Positions 1-12,623 of a stretch of DNA of 64,000 bases are shown here, piece by piece. The DNA is from Octopus vulgaris (taxonomy: Eukaryota). The DNA lies in contig OX597817.1 of assembly GCA_951406725.2 (NCBI GenBank), positions 137,454,001-137,518,000 of the forward strand. Direction: 5' to 3'. The first letter of the stretch is position 1. Every line of letters begins with the position of its first letter. The notes under the pieces were generated by a model. The model was not told the origin of the DNA. It made no database searches and worked only from the letters and a program-made list of their open reading frames with translations. Both the position numbers and the translations under genes were made by a program.

Positions 1-157
1 CATATTGGCTGTATGGTAAGTAGCTTGTTAACCAGCCATATGGTTTCGGGTTCAGTCCTACTGCGTGACACCTTGGGCGAGTGCCTTCTACTATAGCCCC
101 GGGCTGACCAAAGCCTTGTGAGTGAATTTGGTAGATGGAAACTGAAAGAAGTCCGTA

Positions 158-214
<57 letters not shown>

Positions 215-480
215 TATATATGTGTAGGTATGTATTTATGTATATGTATATATATATATATGCGTGTGTGTATGTGTGTGTTTGTGTGTCTGTCTCCCCA
301 TCATCGCTTGACAATCGATGCTTGTGTATTTACGTCCCCGTAACTTAACGGTTCGGCAAAACAGACCGATAGAATAAGTACAAGGCTTACAAAGAATAAG
401 TCCTGGGGTCGATTTGCTCGACTAAAGGCGGTGCTCCAACATGGCAGCAGTCAAATGACTTAAACAAGTAAAAGAATAAA
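1..480 (+). mobile_element. tRNA-derived SINE, family A (head + internal microsatellite + 3' module)
   Basis: A-box-like TGGCTGTATGG and B-box-like GGTTCAGTCC, then (TA)n/(TG)n, then a 3' module ending GTCAAATGACT..AACAAGTAAAAGAATAAAAG; many near-identical copies in the window. Confidence 0.9.
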
Positions 481-662
481 AGAATATATAAATATATATA
501 TATTTGTATAATCGTAGCAGACGATTTCAGATGATATGGGATGGGATTAGAGACGTTTACTAGCGACTACTTTTATGGAAACAAATTCAAGAACAATAAT
601 GCAGTCTTCGGTGGGCATAAATAATTTAATAATTAATATTCAGAAAGATGTTGTCTTCTCAC

Positions 663-725
663 CGTCTCAGACTTGTGGCGCCGCCGGTCCAGTTGGCACA
701 AATGGTGACACCAGCTCACTCCCAT
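663..725 (-). CDS. candidate alternative first coding exon MGVSWCHHLCQLDRRRHKSET of an unidentified gene
   Basis: ATG at 725-723, 21 open codons, phase-0 donor ACG|GTGAGA, in non-repetitive sequence; no recognised homology. Confidence 0.35.
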
Positions 726-2064
726 CAACCAATTTGCTACTTTAATATCAATTACAATAACAAGAAGAACGACATAATTTTATATGAATTAGAATAAATT
801 TTGTTAATAACTACTGAGATCCGTGTGAAACGAACTTGATGACCGACTGAGCGAAAGACACGAAGGAGCCATGTTTGATTTTAACACAACTGCGGACGTT
901 TACTCTCTGTTCACTGAACCGTTCTGCAGCATGACTGCTGTATATCGATATATATATATATATGAATGCGTATGCGTCTATGTTCCACATTCACTATATT
1001 ACATATGTGTGAAACACTATCGTATCTTTAAGAGGTGAAACTTGTGAATTCTTAAGAAAATCGCTTATTTGTTTTTACAGTTGTTGCTATTCATATCAAT
1101 GTATTAATTCTCAGAGCTTGGCAGATATCAATCCAATTTACATTTAACTGATTTCAGTCAAAATCATTAAAGTAATCAGTCTTAATTATAGAAGTATCAT
1201 AATATAGTGTTACTGTTGAGAAAACTGTTTTAAGGCAAGTTCTGATTTACGGAGGTATTAGCCTTCAACAATTCCATTTCAACCGGCCATTTCTATTTTG
1301 AGATGCTATTTTCAATGTTTCTACAAAAATATATGCTGCTGTTGTCAAATTAAAAACATTCAACTTATAAATCGAAGAATTACAGCTGAAACTGCAATGC
1401 TATTGTTTCTGTACGTTGTTATATATAACAGTATCTGCTCAGCTGAATGGGAATTCGAAGGAATTTCAATCGGAATGTTGCATTTATGGCTACCTTATTT
1501 TTAGACGTATTGAGGCATTCCTGCTTTTGAATTTAAGAAAACCTCTCAAGTTCTGCATGCTTCATTGGATACCATCTTGTATATAGTTCTAATAGAGTAA
1601 GTGTTTTGATATTATTGGACAGCTATGTGAGTTACATTTCCGGAAATATGTGTCATCATAACAGACACCGGAAAATTGCGAGTGGAATAATTCCTCATAT
1701 ACCAATGTAAATTTTATTTTATTAAATTATATTGCATAATATTACATTATATTATAATCATATTGTATGTGCTATAAACAACGAGGCTAGAAAATTGTTT
1801 CCCTGTAAGAACACAAGGAACAGAAAGACATAGCTAATGTCAACCTGCAGACACAACATGAAATAAATAATGTATTTATTTAGTCACGTGGGTTATGACT
1901 AGATGATCTGGGCTTGAGGATGGATTATTATATAATAAAAATTATGTAATAAATATGACAGTACTGTTGCTTTCTTTCATGTCTTCAGTTATTGTATGAT
2001 TTATCAACCATATATTATGGAAACAGCTATAAACAGTGGAATAAATATAACACCTAAGTATATT

Positions 2065-2096
<32 letters not shown>

Positions 2097-2978
2097 CGCA
2101 CGCGCATGCGCTGTGAGAGTGGGGATATAGAGAGTACAAGAAATGAAATATAAGTGATAGATGGAGAATGCACGTTGTGAGGAAAATCCTATTTGAAAGA
2201 ACATCAAAGACCACAGACAATATAATTCCTTCCCATTTAGGTCCAAGTTCAATAACCATGAAGGGAGGGGTCCGGTCAATTAAATTGGCACCTTATTGTA
2301 TAGATCCTGGAGGGGAAGTGAATTCGACGGGATTTGAACTCATCTACAGACAATCTCATGGAAACAATATTAACTATCTATTAACGACGATCGCTAGAAG
2401 TATTCAAATCTGGCAAATAATAATCTTAACAACAGATCAATAGTTTTCAGAGGCAACAGACCCTTATCTCCGTTCATATGTTGTAACTCACATAACTATA
2501 AGTCTGATAAGCATCAGTCTGACCAACAGTAACGACTATATAATTCAGGGATAAAGAAACATAGAAACAGAACGGACTTCGAGATTTGGTCAGTCAATGG
2601 ATTATAAATAAAATTTTACTAAAAATTTCATCTAATTTTCAGCCTGGTAACTCCGCCGGTATTTAAAAAGAAACTTAATCGAATGTAGACGTCATAACTT
2701 TATGAAAAATGTATTTCTACTTCTTTTTAGTCTTTGGGGAAATATATGAATTGGGAAATAGTATAATTCAATATAAAGCAATCATGTTTGGTATTATTAA
2801 AGTTAGATATTTAGAAATGATTGATTTCAATATTGATATAAATCTCTATACTATATAGAATTTCAATTTAATATTATAGGTATTACTTGTGACAATACAG
2901 CCTGAGCGAAAGATTGCAATGCATGATTTCAGGTTTAAATAAATGGTGAAGAGAGCTACTCACTTTAGAAAGAATAGG

Positions 2979-2981
2979 ATC

Positions 2982-3071
<90 letters not shown>

Positions 3072-3076
3072 CCTAC

Positions 3077-3138
<62 letters not shown>

Positions 3139-3155
3139 GTCTGTCTGTCTGTCTA

Positions 3156-3190
<35 letters not shown>

Positions 3191-3200
3191 GTCTGTGTGT
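2979..3200. repeat. compound (CTAT)n/(CTGT)n microsatellite
   Basis: directly visible; representative of dozens of di-, tri- and tetranucleotide arrays in the window. Confidence 0.95.
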
Positions 3201-3369
3201 CTACCTATCCATTTATGTAGCTGTCTGTCTATCTGTTTATCAATCGATCGACCTACCTAATATTCTTCATACTCATTTGTCTGGATATTTAACTCGGCTT
3301 AGTACCTATTGATCTGCCTGTCCAATTATCGATCTAGCTACCCATCCATTTATCTACCGATTCATCTAT

Positions 3370-3422
<53 letters not shown>

Positions 3423-3513
3423 AATACATATGTGCCTAAGAATCTATTTACCAATCCCTTACATATCAACTTGCCTGCCTGCCTGCCTGCCTATCTATTG
3501 ATCAATCTTCACA

Positions 3514-3553
<40 letters not shown>

Positions 3554-4149
3554 CACACTCACACGCACACGCACACACACACACACACACATACACACAC
3601 ACGTTTAGAGAAAGATGAAGGAAGACTCAGATAAATCATTTATGCCAGTCTGGATTTCACGAAATAAGACAGAATCCGTAAGCGCTAAAGTTATTTACAG
3701 TTTCTTAGTTTCCAATTCCTCAGACTTAGAGTTGAAAGGAATTTCTGAAAGCCGAAACAATTCTAGAAGCAGATCGAGCGTTGCTTCCATTACAAGCATT
3801 TCTTTTTTCTTCATTAAGGGTCATGTCAGGATTCGAATTCCAGACGGTTTAACATTTAGATATTTAAATAAGTTTATTAAGATATATTAGAGTTAGTTCT
3901 ACATCTCTCAGTCAATCTGCAGCTAATCGATAACCAATACTAACTCACAAAACTTGTTAAAGTATTTATGTAAGAGAATTCTTCACGTTTGTTTGACATT
4001 GGTCACTCATTGATTGATGATAAATATTGATTTCTTTTCACAAGATCAATGAAAACAGCAAATTTATAATGGGAGTTGAGTAATAATAAAATATTTGCTA
4101 GAAATAGATAGAATAAATTTGAAAATTAAGGACAGAGAGGAGGTCTTAC

Positions 4150-4191
4150 CGCGATGACATTAACAAGGTTACAGAATCGGCATTTACTCAC
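4150..4191 (-). other. candidate 42-nt microexon / recursive splice site exon
   Basis: minus strand TTCTTTTTCTTTTCCAG|GTGAGTAAAT...CATCGCG|GTAAGA; strong acceptor and donor; reads VSKCRFCNLVNVIA in phase 0. Confidence 0.5.
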
Positions 4192-4246
4192 CTGGAAAAG
4201 AAAAAGAACAGGTTTTAGTTTGTACTGAATTAACATCATCATCATC

Positions 4247-4282
<36 letters not shown>

Positions 4283-4297
4283 AATGATGATGATAAT

Positions 4298-4460
4298 AGG
4301 GAGAGAAATCCACTGGGAGTCATGTAGGAAGCTAAGATTTGACCATACTGATAAATGTTATGAGCATGAACCTAGAAAAGTACTAGAAAGTAAGAAATAT
4401 AAGATGTGAGACTTCAACATTAAGACTAACAAGGTAATAAAAGCTAGAAGGCCTGATTTG

Positions 4461-4509
<49 letters not shown>

Positions 4510-4847
4510 AAGAAGAAGAAGAAGAAGAAGAAGAAGAAGAAGAAGAAAAAGAAGAAGAAGAAGAAGAAGAAGAAGAAGAAGAAGAAGAAGAAGAAGAAGA
4601 AGAAGAAGAAGAAGAAGAAGAAGAAGAAGAAGAAGAAGAAGAAGAAGAAGAAGAAGAAGAAGAGGAAAGAAAGAGCCAGATAATTGACTTTACAGTTCCA
4701 AATGATGAGAAAGTCAATATGAGAGGTAGAGAAAAAATATGGAAGTACCGGGACCTAGGCATTGAATTACAGAGACTATGGAAAGTGCGGGTAAAATGTA
4801 TCCCAGTAGTTACAGGTGCATTGGAAACTATCCCTATCTACATTTGA
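4298..4847 (+). pseudogene. R4/Dong-type non-LTR retrotransposon remnant, C-terminal restriction-like endonuclease
   Basis: translates IHWESCRK..YEHEPRKVLE..*DFNIKTNKVIKARRPDLVV..IIDFTVPND..EKIWKYRDLGIELQRLW..IPVVTGALETIP (RPD...D..P and K..KY RLE motifs); has a stop and an internal microsatellite expansion. Confidence 0.85.
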
Positions 4848-4865
4848 CGGATATTTGTCCTCATT

Positions 4866-5000
4866 TTGTATGACGTAGTGGTTAAGAGCGCGGGCTACTA
4901 ACCCCAAGATACCGAGTTTGATTCCAGGCTGTGACCTGAATAATATTAATAATAATTTCATCGACAAATACCTTAGGAATGAGAACCCAGATCCGAAATC
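4866..5000 (+). mobile_element. tRNA-headed SINE fragment (separate family)
   Basis: TGACGTAGTGGTTAAG A-box and GAGTTTGATTCC B-box followed by a non-tRNA body. Confidence 0.65.
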
Positions 5001-5002
5001 TC

Positions 5003-5105
5003 TCTTATTCTATCGGTCTCTTTTGCCGAACCGCTAAGTTACAGGGACATAAACACGCCAGCATCGGTTGTCCAGCGATGTTGTGGGGACAAACACAAGC
5101 ACATA
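5003..5105 (-). mobile_element. SINE family A, partial 3' module
   Basis: reverse complement of 290-380. Confidence 0.85.
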
Positions 5106-5170
5106 AACACATACAAACATACATACATACATGCATATATATACATACATACATAAATACATACATACAT

Positions 5171-5226
<56 letters not shown>

Positions 5227-5233
5227 CACATAT

Positions 5234-5308
<75 letters not shown>

Positions 5309-5320
5309 TATTATGTGTTC

Positions 5321-5356
5321 CTTTCTGTCGAAGAGTGTAGGCTCGAAACGTAAAAG
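5321..5356 (+). ncRNA. minimal type I hammerhead-like motif in a Penelope-type pLTR remnant (about 5311-5450)
   Basis: CTTT-CTGTCGA-A-GAGT-gtag-GCTC-GAAAC-GTA-AAAG: stem I CTTT/AAAG, stem II, palindromic ACGT stem III; core has A6>U. Confidence 0.65.
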
Positions 5357-5813
5357 ACTTTCTCACTTCCCGAGCGTTAAACTAATACACCTGTTCATTG
5401 TTTACACACCCGGCTTTGTCTTTTGTTTTTTTATTTTGTAAATTCGCACTATATATATATATATAAATATATATATATATAAGAAAATTGGTTTGTGAAA
5501 GCACGTGGTTGAATATATAGAAAATAGTAAAAATTGAAAAACCTCCCCTTATCTAGAACTCTTTTCAACATAAACATAACGACGTAAGAAATTTGAAAAG
5601 CTAAACGCGAAACCAGTCTTTCTTCTAAACTATGTTATTGTAAGAAAAGAAAAAAAATTATAATATTCTTCAGACATATTGACTCAAATATATATTTTTT
5701 AACCTTTTAAAACAAGCCTTCTGTAGTTTTTTCACTTTTTACTATTTTCTATATATATATATATATATATTTCTATATATATATATATATATATATGTAT
5801 ATGTATATGTATG

Positions 5814-5846
<33 letters not shown>

Positions 5847-7008
5847 ATGTATGTATATGTATATATATATATGTATGCATATGTATATATATATATATAT
5901 ACATCATGCATGTATATGTACATACAAAAGCGCAGATATTTATATAAACGCATACGCACATACACACACACATGCACGCACTCACACTCACACACACACA
6001 CACACACGCACACACACACATGCACACACACACACGCACACACGAACACACATATGCCTATATTTATACCATAACTGAAAGACTCCAATCTTCGGTAACG
6101 GGTTACTCTGAGTTTTGAAAATGCATATTTTTCCCGTAATTTATCGCTACTGGTGAATCAACAGATATATGTATATATGTATGTATTATGTATATAGGTG
6201 TATATATGTATATAACAACAGCAGTATTCAATATCTCGGCTTATCATCAATTGGTTGACATTCCAAGCTGACGACTACACCTAAATGACTCAAAAATAAA
6301 GTTTCTCGATACACGGCTGCATTCCTGTCGACTGGGGAAGCAAAACTAGAAGGGAGAGGTGGCGCTGCTGATTGGCTGAGGACGGGGGTGGAGAGGGAGA
6401 GTGTGGAATGGCACCGAGTTGTGGAAGGAATGATTACAATAAAACACAAACAAAGCAAAACGAGAAAGAAGGTTATCTTATGTGACATGACACAGTTCAG
6501 TCTATATTTCTGTCGGTCCAACCATGATAGATTTGAGGGGAAAGGGGGGGAAAGTAGGAGGAGCGGGAGGAGGAGACGTTGTGACTACATTTCTGGAAAT
6601 AAAGTAGCGTAAACTGATAAAAACCTTCGGAGAATTATTGAGGGGAAAGTAAAATATTTTGGGTCTGAAAATAAGGAAAGAAAACAAAATGTTGGAAATA
6701 GTTTCGGTCTCGTCATCATTAGAATCAACGCTCACATCAACAGATATTCCTTATCAACACCAGCAGAGTTTGTTCTAGTACAGATAATGCGTGCGCACGT
6801 GTGTATGTGTGTGACTCTCTCTACGTGTGTGTGTGTGTGTGTGTGTGTGTGTCTACTTTTAGCTTCATTTAAAAATGTCAACATTCGATCCCGAGTCACC
6901 CAACCGTAAATTTTAATTCAATCACAATAACATTCTCTTCACACTGTATTGTAATATGAAACTAATCACCAATTATCCTTTACTGCCCAGCCTCACTCTT
7001 GCATCTCG

Positions 7009-7059
<51 letters not shown>

Positions 7060-7099
7060 GCACAAGTAATCCCATAAATAGCTTTACATAAGCAATGTC

Positions 7100-8432
7100 A
7101 AAAATATTTTTCCGAATTTATCAGAAATACAATCACAGGATCATGACGTGTCTGTAACAAAAGCGAGAAGGAAAGAGGAATTTTAAATGAATGATAGCAG
7201 GAACAGTGAGAGAACATCGCCACCATCAACAGGCTGCAGAGAATATGAGCAAAGATGCTGCTGCAGCTCTTTCCAAAGAGCGATAGGAAGCAGCTTGGAG
7301 AGTAACCAGGTGGAAGCAAACGAAATTGCGCCCTCCTCAGTAACACTAGCAACCGAGGGCCGACATTCGACAAGAAACTGAGAGGTCAACACCTCCAGCG
7401 TGAATATGGTCAGAAGCTACGAGCGTCAGCACCCCTACTACACCTCTAGTGGTAATAAGGAGGATATTGAACTGTCTGGGACAAGAAAGGTAGGATTAAA
7501 AAGGAGTAAACCCAAACAAGGGGTAGGCACGAAGTGGTCCGGAAAAGGAAGCCCCGCCCGAACTCCCCGCTATCCAAGCCACCAACAACAACGAGTGATA
7601 TGGAAAAGGAAGAACGGGCCGAAACATGGCAAGTAGTCCCCAAAGGAGAAAAGTGAAAGAGGACGGTGATACCGGGCCCCACTCCGAGGACACAACAAAA
7701 TCAACACAAAAGCCATATCCTCAGACCATACACAACGACCAAAACAGACAACAAAAACAAATCTCCATCAATTTCACTGTTGTAAATAAAAGCAAAAGTG
7801 AGTTGATGGAATACTCAAATGATAGTAAAAATAAAATTACGACAGAGGGGCGTAGGAGGGAGGAGGTCAGGATTTCATTCTCGAAATCCCGAAAGATGAG
7901 TATAAAATAATTGGGGGTGGGGGAATTCCTGCTAGTGTTGGGGATTTTAAAAAAGATGATAGCGAAAAAAAGGTCCAGAACATACGAGCTTCGCGAAAAT
8001 GGTGAGCGGGATTCCCATTTTCTTCTCCGACGAACATGACTGTGCAGAGAGCGGAATGTGCGATCAGTTTGGAAGCACGTTCACTTGCTCAACGTTCTCA
8101 GGTCGCTCGACATAGATATAGTTGACATTAGCGAGACAAGAATGTCTGATGCGCACACACGAGTGCCGATTTTCGACTATTATGAGATTATTCTTATTTT
8201 GTGCCTGTCAAGATCGAGCGGCGGCGTAGCAGCGCTGTTCCAGTGCTTTTCCACTTAAGTAATAGATAGGGGATTTGTGACAAGGTTCTCATTGACTTTT
8301 TCAGGTTTCACTTGACCAGGAAAGTGAGGGTGGAGAAGGAGATGCTGTCTTCGGATGAATTTATTAAAAGGTAGGTGAAAGTGGCAAAAGTGGCAATAGT
8401 GAATGGCACCGCTCTAAGTATACAACTGTGAG
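7100..8432 (+). pseudogene. decayed, internally deleted Tx1/L1-like LINE (putative ORF1 remnant, APE N-terminus, ORF2 C-terminus)
   Basis: 8058-8240 reads LLNVLRSLDIDIVDISETR...SSGGVAALF (APE motifs); 8282-8431 reads LIDFFRFHLTRKVRVEKEMLSSDEFIKR*VKVAK...L*; upstream low-complexity basic ORF pieces assigned to ORF1 by position only. Confidence 0.65.
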
Positions 8433-8577
8433 TCGCAGAACAAGTATTGGGGAAGATAATTGCCCTTAGAATTCAGGAAGATCTTGTATGGCAGGTTGAG
8501 CATCGGGGTCAATGTAATGGATTTACTCCACCCTCCGAAACTGTTGACCTTCTCCCAGAATTTTAAACTATTATTAA

Positions 8578-8636
<59 letters not shown>

Positions 8637-8641
<5 letters not shown>

Positions 8642-8690
8642 TAGTTTTATTTTTATAGCGTGCTTTCACTTCACTACCGAGCGCAGCTCT
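8637..8690 (-). mobile_element. about 55-nt 3' end of the R4/Dong-like element inside a (TAA)n array
   Basis: reverse complement resembles 37990-38050, the 3' end of the RLE remnant. Confidence 0.65.
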
Positions 8691-8720
8691 GTATTATTAT
8701 TATCATTATTATTATTATTA

Positions 8721-9204
8721 TTGAGTGAGAGAGTAGTGCATGCCAACAAAGTGATACAGGGATAAAATGTACGAAGCCCAGTATACCCATCATGACTACT
8801 CATCTAATAAGGTACACCAGGCGCATGCATCACAACCATATGTGCGCGGCATGGTGATCTCATATCAGGATAAACAGCACATGACCTTGCAGGTGGGGCC
8901 CAGTTAGAATTTTCTTCTGGTTGAGTAACCCATCCCATTCAAAAGGTCCCTGAATAAGGGTTGTTTAAGGATGTTGAACGAAACGCCCATGTTTCCAGAG
9001 GTGAATTATTCAAACCCCAAAGAATCCTTCTCAGCACATGACTATAATGCTCCCCCACTACTTCTGCTCGTGAGCAGAGATGCACATATCATCAGCCACT
9101 AAGGGACATGCTCAACTGGTTAAGGTCAAACAACTGACAAGCAAATCTGTGGTATTGAGCAGAATATTTGCTGTAGCCCATCTTTTATGCCAAGACAAAA
9201 GAAT
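8721..9204 (-). mobile_element. (TAA)n-embedded non-coding repeat, family C (truncated copy)
   Basis: highly similar inverted copy at 36284-36843; both ends abut (TTA)n. Confidence 0.85.
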
Positions 9205-9247
9205 GTTATTATTATCATTATTATTACTATTATTATTATTATTATTA

Positions 9248-9296
<49 letters not shown>

Positions 9297-9297
9297 G

Positions 9298-9505
9298 AAG
9301 GTAGTGAACTGGCAGAATCGTTAGCACGCCGGGCTAGAAGTATTTCGTCTACCGCTACGTTCTGAGTTTAAATTCCACCAAGACTCGCTTTGCTTTCATC
9401 CTTTCAGAGTCGATGAAATAAGTACCAGTTAAGCACTGGGGTCGATGTAATCGACTAGTCCTCTCCCTACAAATTTTCAGGCCATGGGCCTTTAGTAGAA
9501 AGGAA
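9298..9505 (+). mobile_element. SINE family B
   Basis: GAACTGGCAGAATCGTTAGCACG...GTTCTGAGTTTAAATTCC...TTTCATCCTTTC..GTCGAT..AAGTACCAG...CTGGGGTCGATGTAATCGACT; many copies in the window. Confidence 0.88.
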
Positions 9506-9537
9506 TATTAGTATTATTAATGTTGTTGTTGTTACTA

Positions 9538-9604
<67 letters not shown>

Positions 9605-9612
9605 TGTTATTA

Positions 9613-9646
<34 letters not shown>

Positions 9647-9725
9647 TTCCATCACTTCAGCTCCACTTACACTCACCTCCATCACACCATGGTAGTACTC
9701 ACACCGTTATTTCGCTAATTCTTAC

Positions 9726-10501
9726 CTAATTTCAATTCTCTTATTTTATTAGCAGAAGGAATTTCTGAAGGCTGCACCGTTGGTCGGTTGGTTAGTTGGT
9801 AGAGGAAGAAAGAGGGCGAGGCGCTGTTGCTTTTGTTGTTGTTCTTATTGCTGTGTAGTGGTGCAGCTGGCGGTCGTGCCTTGAGTGGTTGTGTTGGTGG
9901 CGATGGCGGTGCGTGTGGTTTTAGTAATGATGGTGGAGGAGGCGGTGGTGGTGAAAAAGTCAATAGTAGCAGGGATAGCGATGATAGTGATGATGATGAT
10001 GATGATAAATGTGATAGTTGGGCGGGGGAGTGTGGATGGGACGTAGTGTGGTAATTTTGCATAGTATTGTTGTTGTTGGTGTGGTGGTTGTATCGGTGGT
10101 GGTGGTGGTGGTGGTGATGGTGGATTACGATAGAATCTGCGGCAGTAAGGGTAAGTGTGGTGGGTGGGTTGTAATGACTCGAGGTGGACCCAAGTAACAA
10201 CGGGGGAGGGGGGCATAGTGGCGGTAGTGGTGGTGGTGGTGGTGGTGATGGAAACGATGCTATCAATATGATGGTGGTGACGAAGGTGGTGGTGGTGGTA
10301 GTGGTTGCTGGTGACTAATGGTTGGTTGTTGTTGTTGGATGGTAGTGGCGGTGACGGTGGTGGTGGTTGTGACGGTGGTGGTGGTGGTGGTTGTGACGGT
10401 GGTAGTGGTGGTGGCGGTGGTGATGCTAGCGTTTCTCTCGTGAACAATGGAATGTGGTTGATGGACAACTGTGATGGATTGGAACTTAGGTTGTCGGGCA
10501 T
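9726..10501 (-). other. candidate large low-complexity (Pro/His/Ser-rich) first exon
   Basis: two overlapping open frames (183 and 218 aa) mixing unique and trinucleotide sequence; the 183-aa frame runs into donor TTAG|GTAAGA at 9726/9725. Confidence 0.35.
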
Positions 10502-10726
10502 AACTCAATATGTCGATGGTAGTAGGAATGGTGGCGGCGGTGGCGGTGGTGGTGGTGGTGGTGGTGGTGGTATTTGGTGGGGGGAAGAGAGAGAGATAAG
10601 AGGTGGAGGTGATGTCTGAAAATGGGAGGGGGTTGGGCAGGCTAAAACAACGGAGAAGAGTGATTGCGTGCGTGAGAATTGGAAAGAGGGAAGGGGCAGA
10701 TGGGAGAGGAAGGAATGAGGAAGATG

Positions 10727-10759
<33 letters not shown>

Positions 10760-11000
10760 CAGGTGATCGAAAGAGGAAGAGAGAAGGAAGGTGAAAAAGA
10801 AAGAGAAAAATGATGAGAGAGAGAGATTATGATGATTGTTGAGCGGTTGTGGAGTGATGATGTGTAAGGCCATGCTGGGGCAAGCACCTTCCGTGTCAAC
10901 AATAAAAGGACGATCAAAGGAAAGATGACGTTAGATAATTATATAATATAAATATATTTAAGGAAACAATTAAGGTAACACACCAACATCTAAATACATG

Positions 11001-11077
<77 letters not shown>

Positions 11078-11087
11078 TTATATACCT

Positions 11088-11142
<55 letters not shown>

Positions 11143-11143
11143 C

Positions 11144-11201
<58 letters not shown>

Positions 11202-11202
11202 A

Positions 11203-11368
11203 GACGCGCTTCTTTCATTTTTTTGTTTTCGACCAAATCCACTCACACAACTTTGGTCGACCCGAGGCTAAAGAAGACACTCTTCCAAGGCACCACGAAG
11301 TGGGACTGAACCCGGAACCATGTAATCGGGTGGCAAGCTTCTTACCCTACAGCCACGCCTGCGCCTAT
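11203..11368 (-). mobile_element. SINE family A head
   Basis: reverse complement of 1-155, including the GGCGCAGGCGTGGCTG start. Confidence 0.85.
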
Positions 11369-12623
11369 AAATATCTGTGCATGTGTGTGTACGTTTGTCA
11401 GTCGTTTGTGTGTGTGTGTGTGTGTGTGCACATGTGAATTACGTAAAAATACATGGGTGAGAAGTACAGAAACACACAAAGAGATATGTGAGAGAGAGAG
11501 AGAGAGAGAGACAGAGAGACAGAGAGAGACAGAGAGAACATAATATATGTGTTAGTGTGAAGAAGAAGAAGAAGAAGAAGAAGAAGAAGAAGAAGAAGAA
11601 GAAGAAGAAGAAGAAGAAGAAGAAGAAGAAGAAGAAGAAGAAGAAGAAGAAGAAGAAGAAGAAATTGTAAATGAACTTAAGTAGGGAAGAAAACATTAAA
11701 TTTTTATGTGATTGAAACGATAAAACCGAATGTAAAAAAGTTTATGGCGAAATGAGTGAAAGAAGAGGAAAGGAGGAAAAGAGAAAGGGAGAAGAGGGGA
11801 GAACGCGGGGAGAAGGAGGAGTGAGAAAACGTAATTGGGAGAAGAATAGAAAGAGAGGGAAAATTCAATTATACTTTGTCTGTAACAAACCACAAATAGG
11901 CACAAACTGGAAATGTAGCCCCGAATAACACGCACTCACAGTTATACATATATACACACACATATAAACATACGTATCAATGTGTGTGTGTGTGTGTGTG
12001 TGAGTGTGCGTGTATGCATATGCATAAATACTTTATACACACATACATTCATATACACATATATGCATAAGCAATCATGATTCATATACACGCCTAAAAA
12101 TCTACGCATACAAACTGTTTCTCACCCACCCCTACCACTCTTCCTTTTTATATCTTATCACGCAGCAGAAAAATACGACCAACCATTTCTACTGAACCGG
12201 GAACTCTCAGTTTAAGCTTCGATGGTGCCAGTCTTGCCATAAACAATCCATTGTGTCCTTAGCACTATTATTTCACTCTCGCTGGCTCACTCTACCTTTC
12301 TGTATGTAGGTGCTATGAGCTAGTGCAGTTTACCACTTGGAATAGACTCCTCTCTGTCTGTCGTGACCTGAATTTAGTAATAGTCACTGAGCTTATCAGA
12401 GTGTGTTGCTTGTTGCTGAAGGACCGTTGGGAAACTGCTTTGAATGTGAAGATGTTGTGGGATGGTGATTCTGCTACTGTTAAAGTGGTTGCCGTTTTAA
12501 AGGGGTTGGCATTTGATTTTTTTATACTGCTGATTTGTTCGTCATGGGTGGTTACACTACTGTTATATATATATATATATATATATAAAGCTATATATAT
12601 ATATATATGTATGTATATATAGG

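Noticed and set aside
4866-4936. tRNA gene (also 50113-50186)
   Set aside because: A and B boxes are present but the cloverleaf is imperfect and runs into a repeat body; these are SINE heads.
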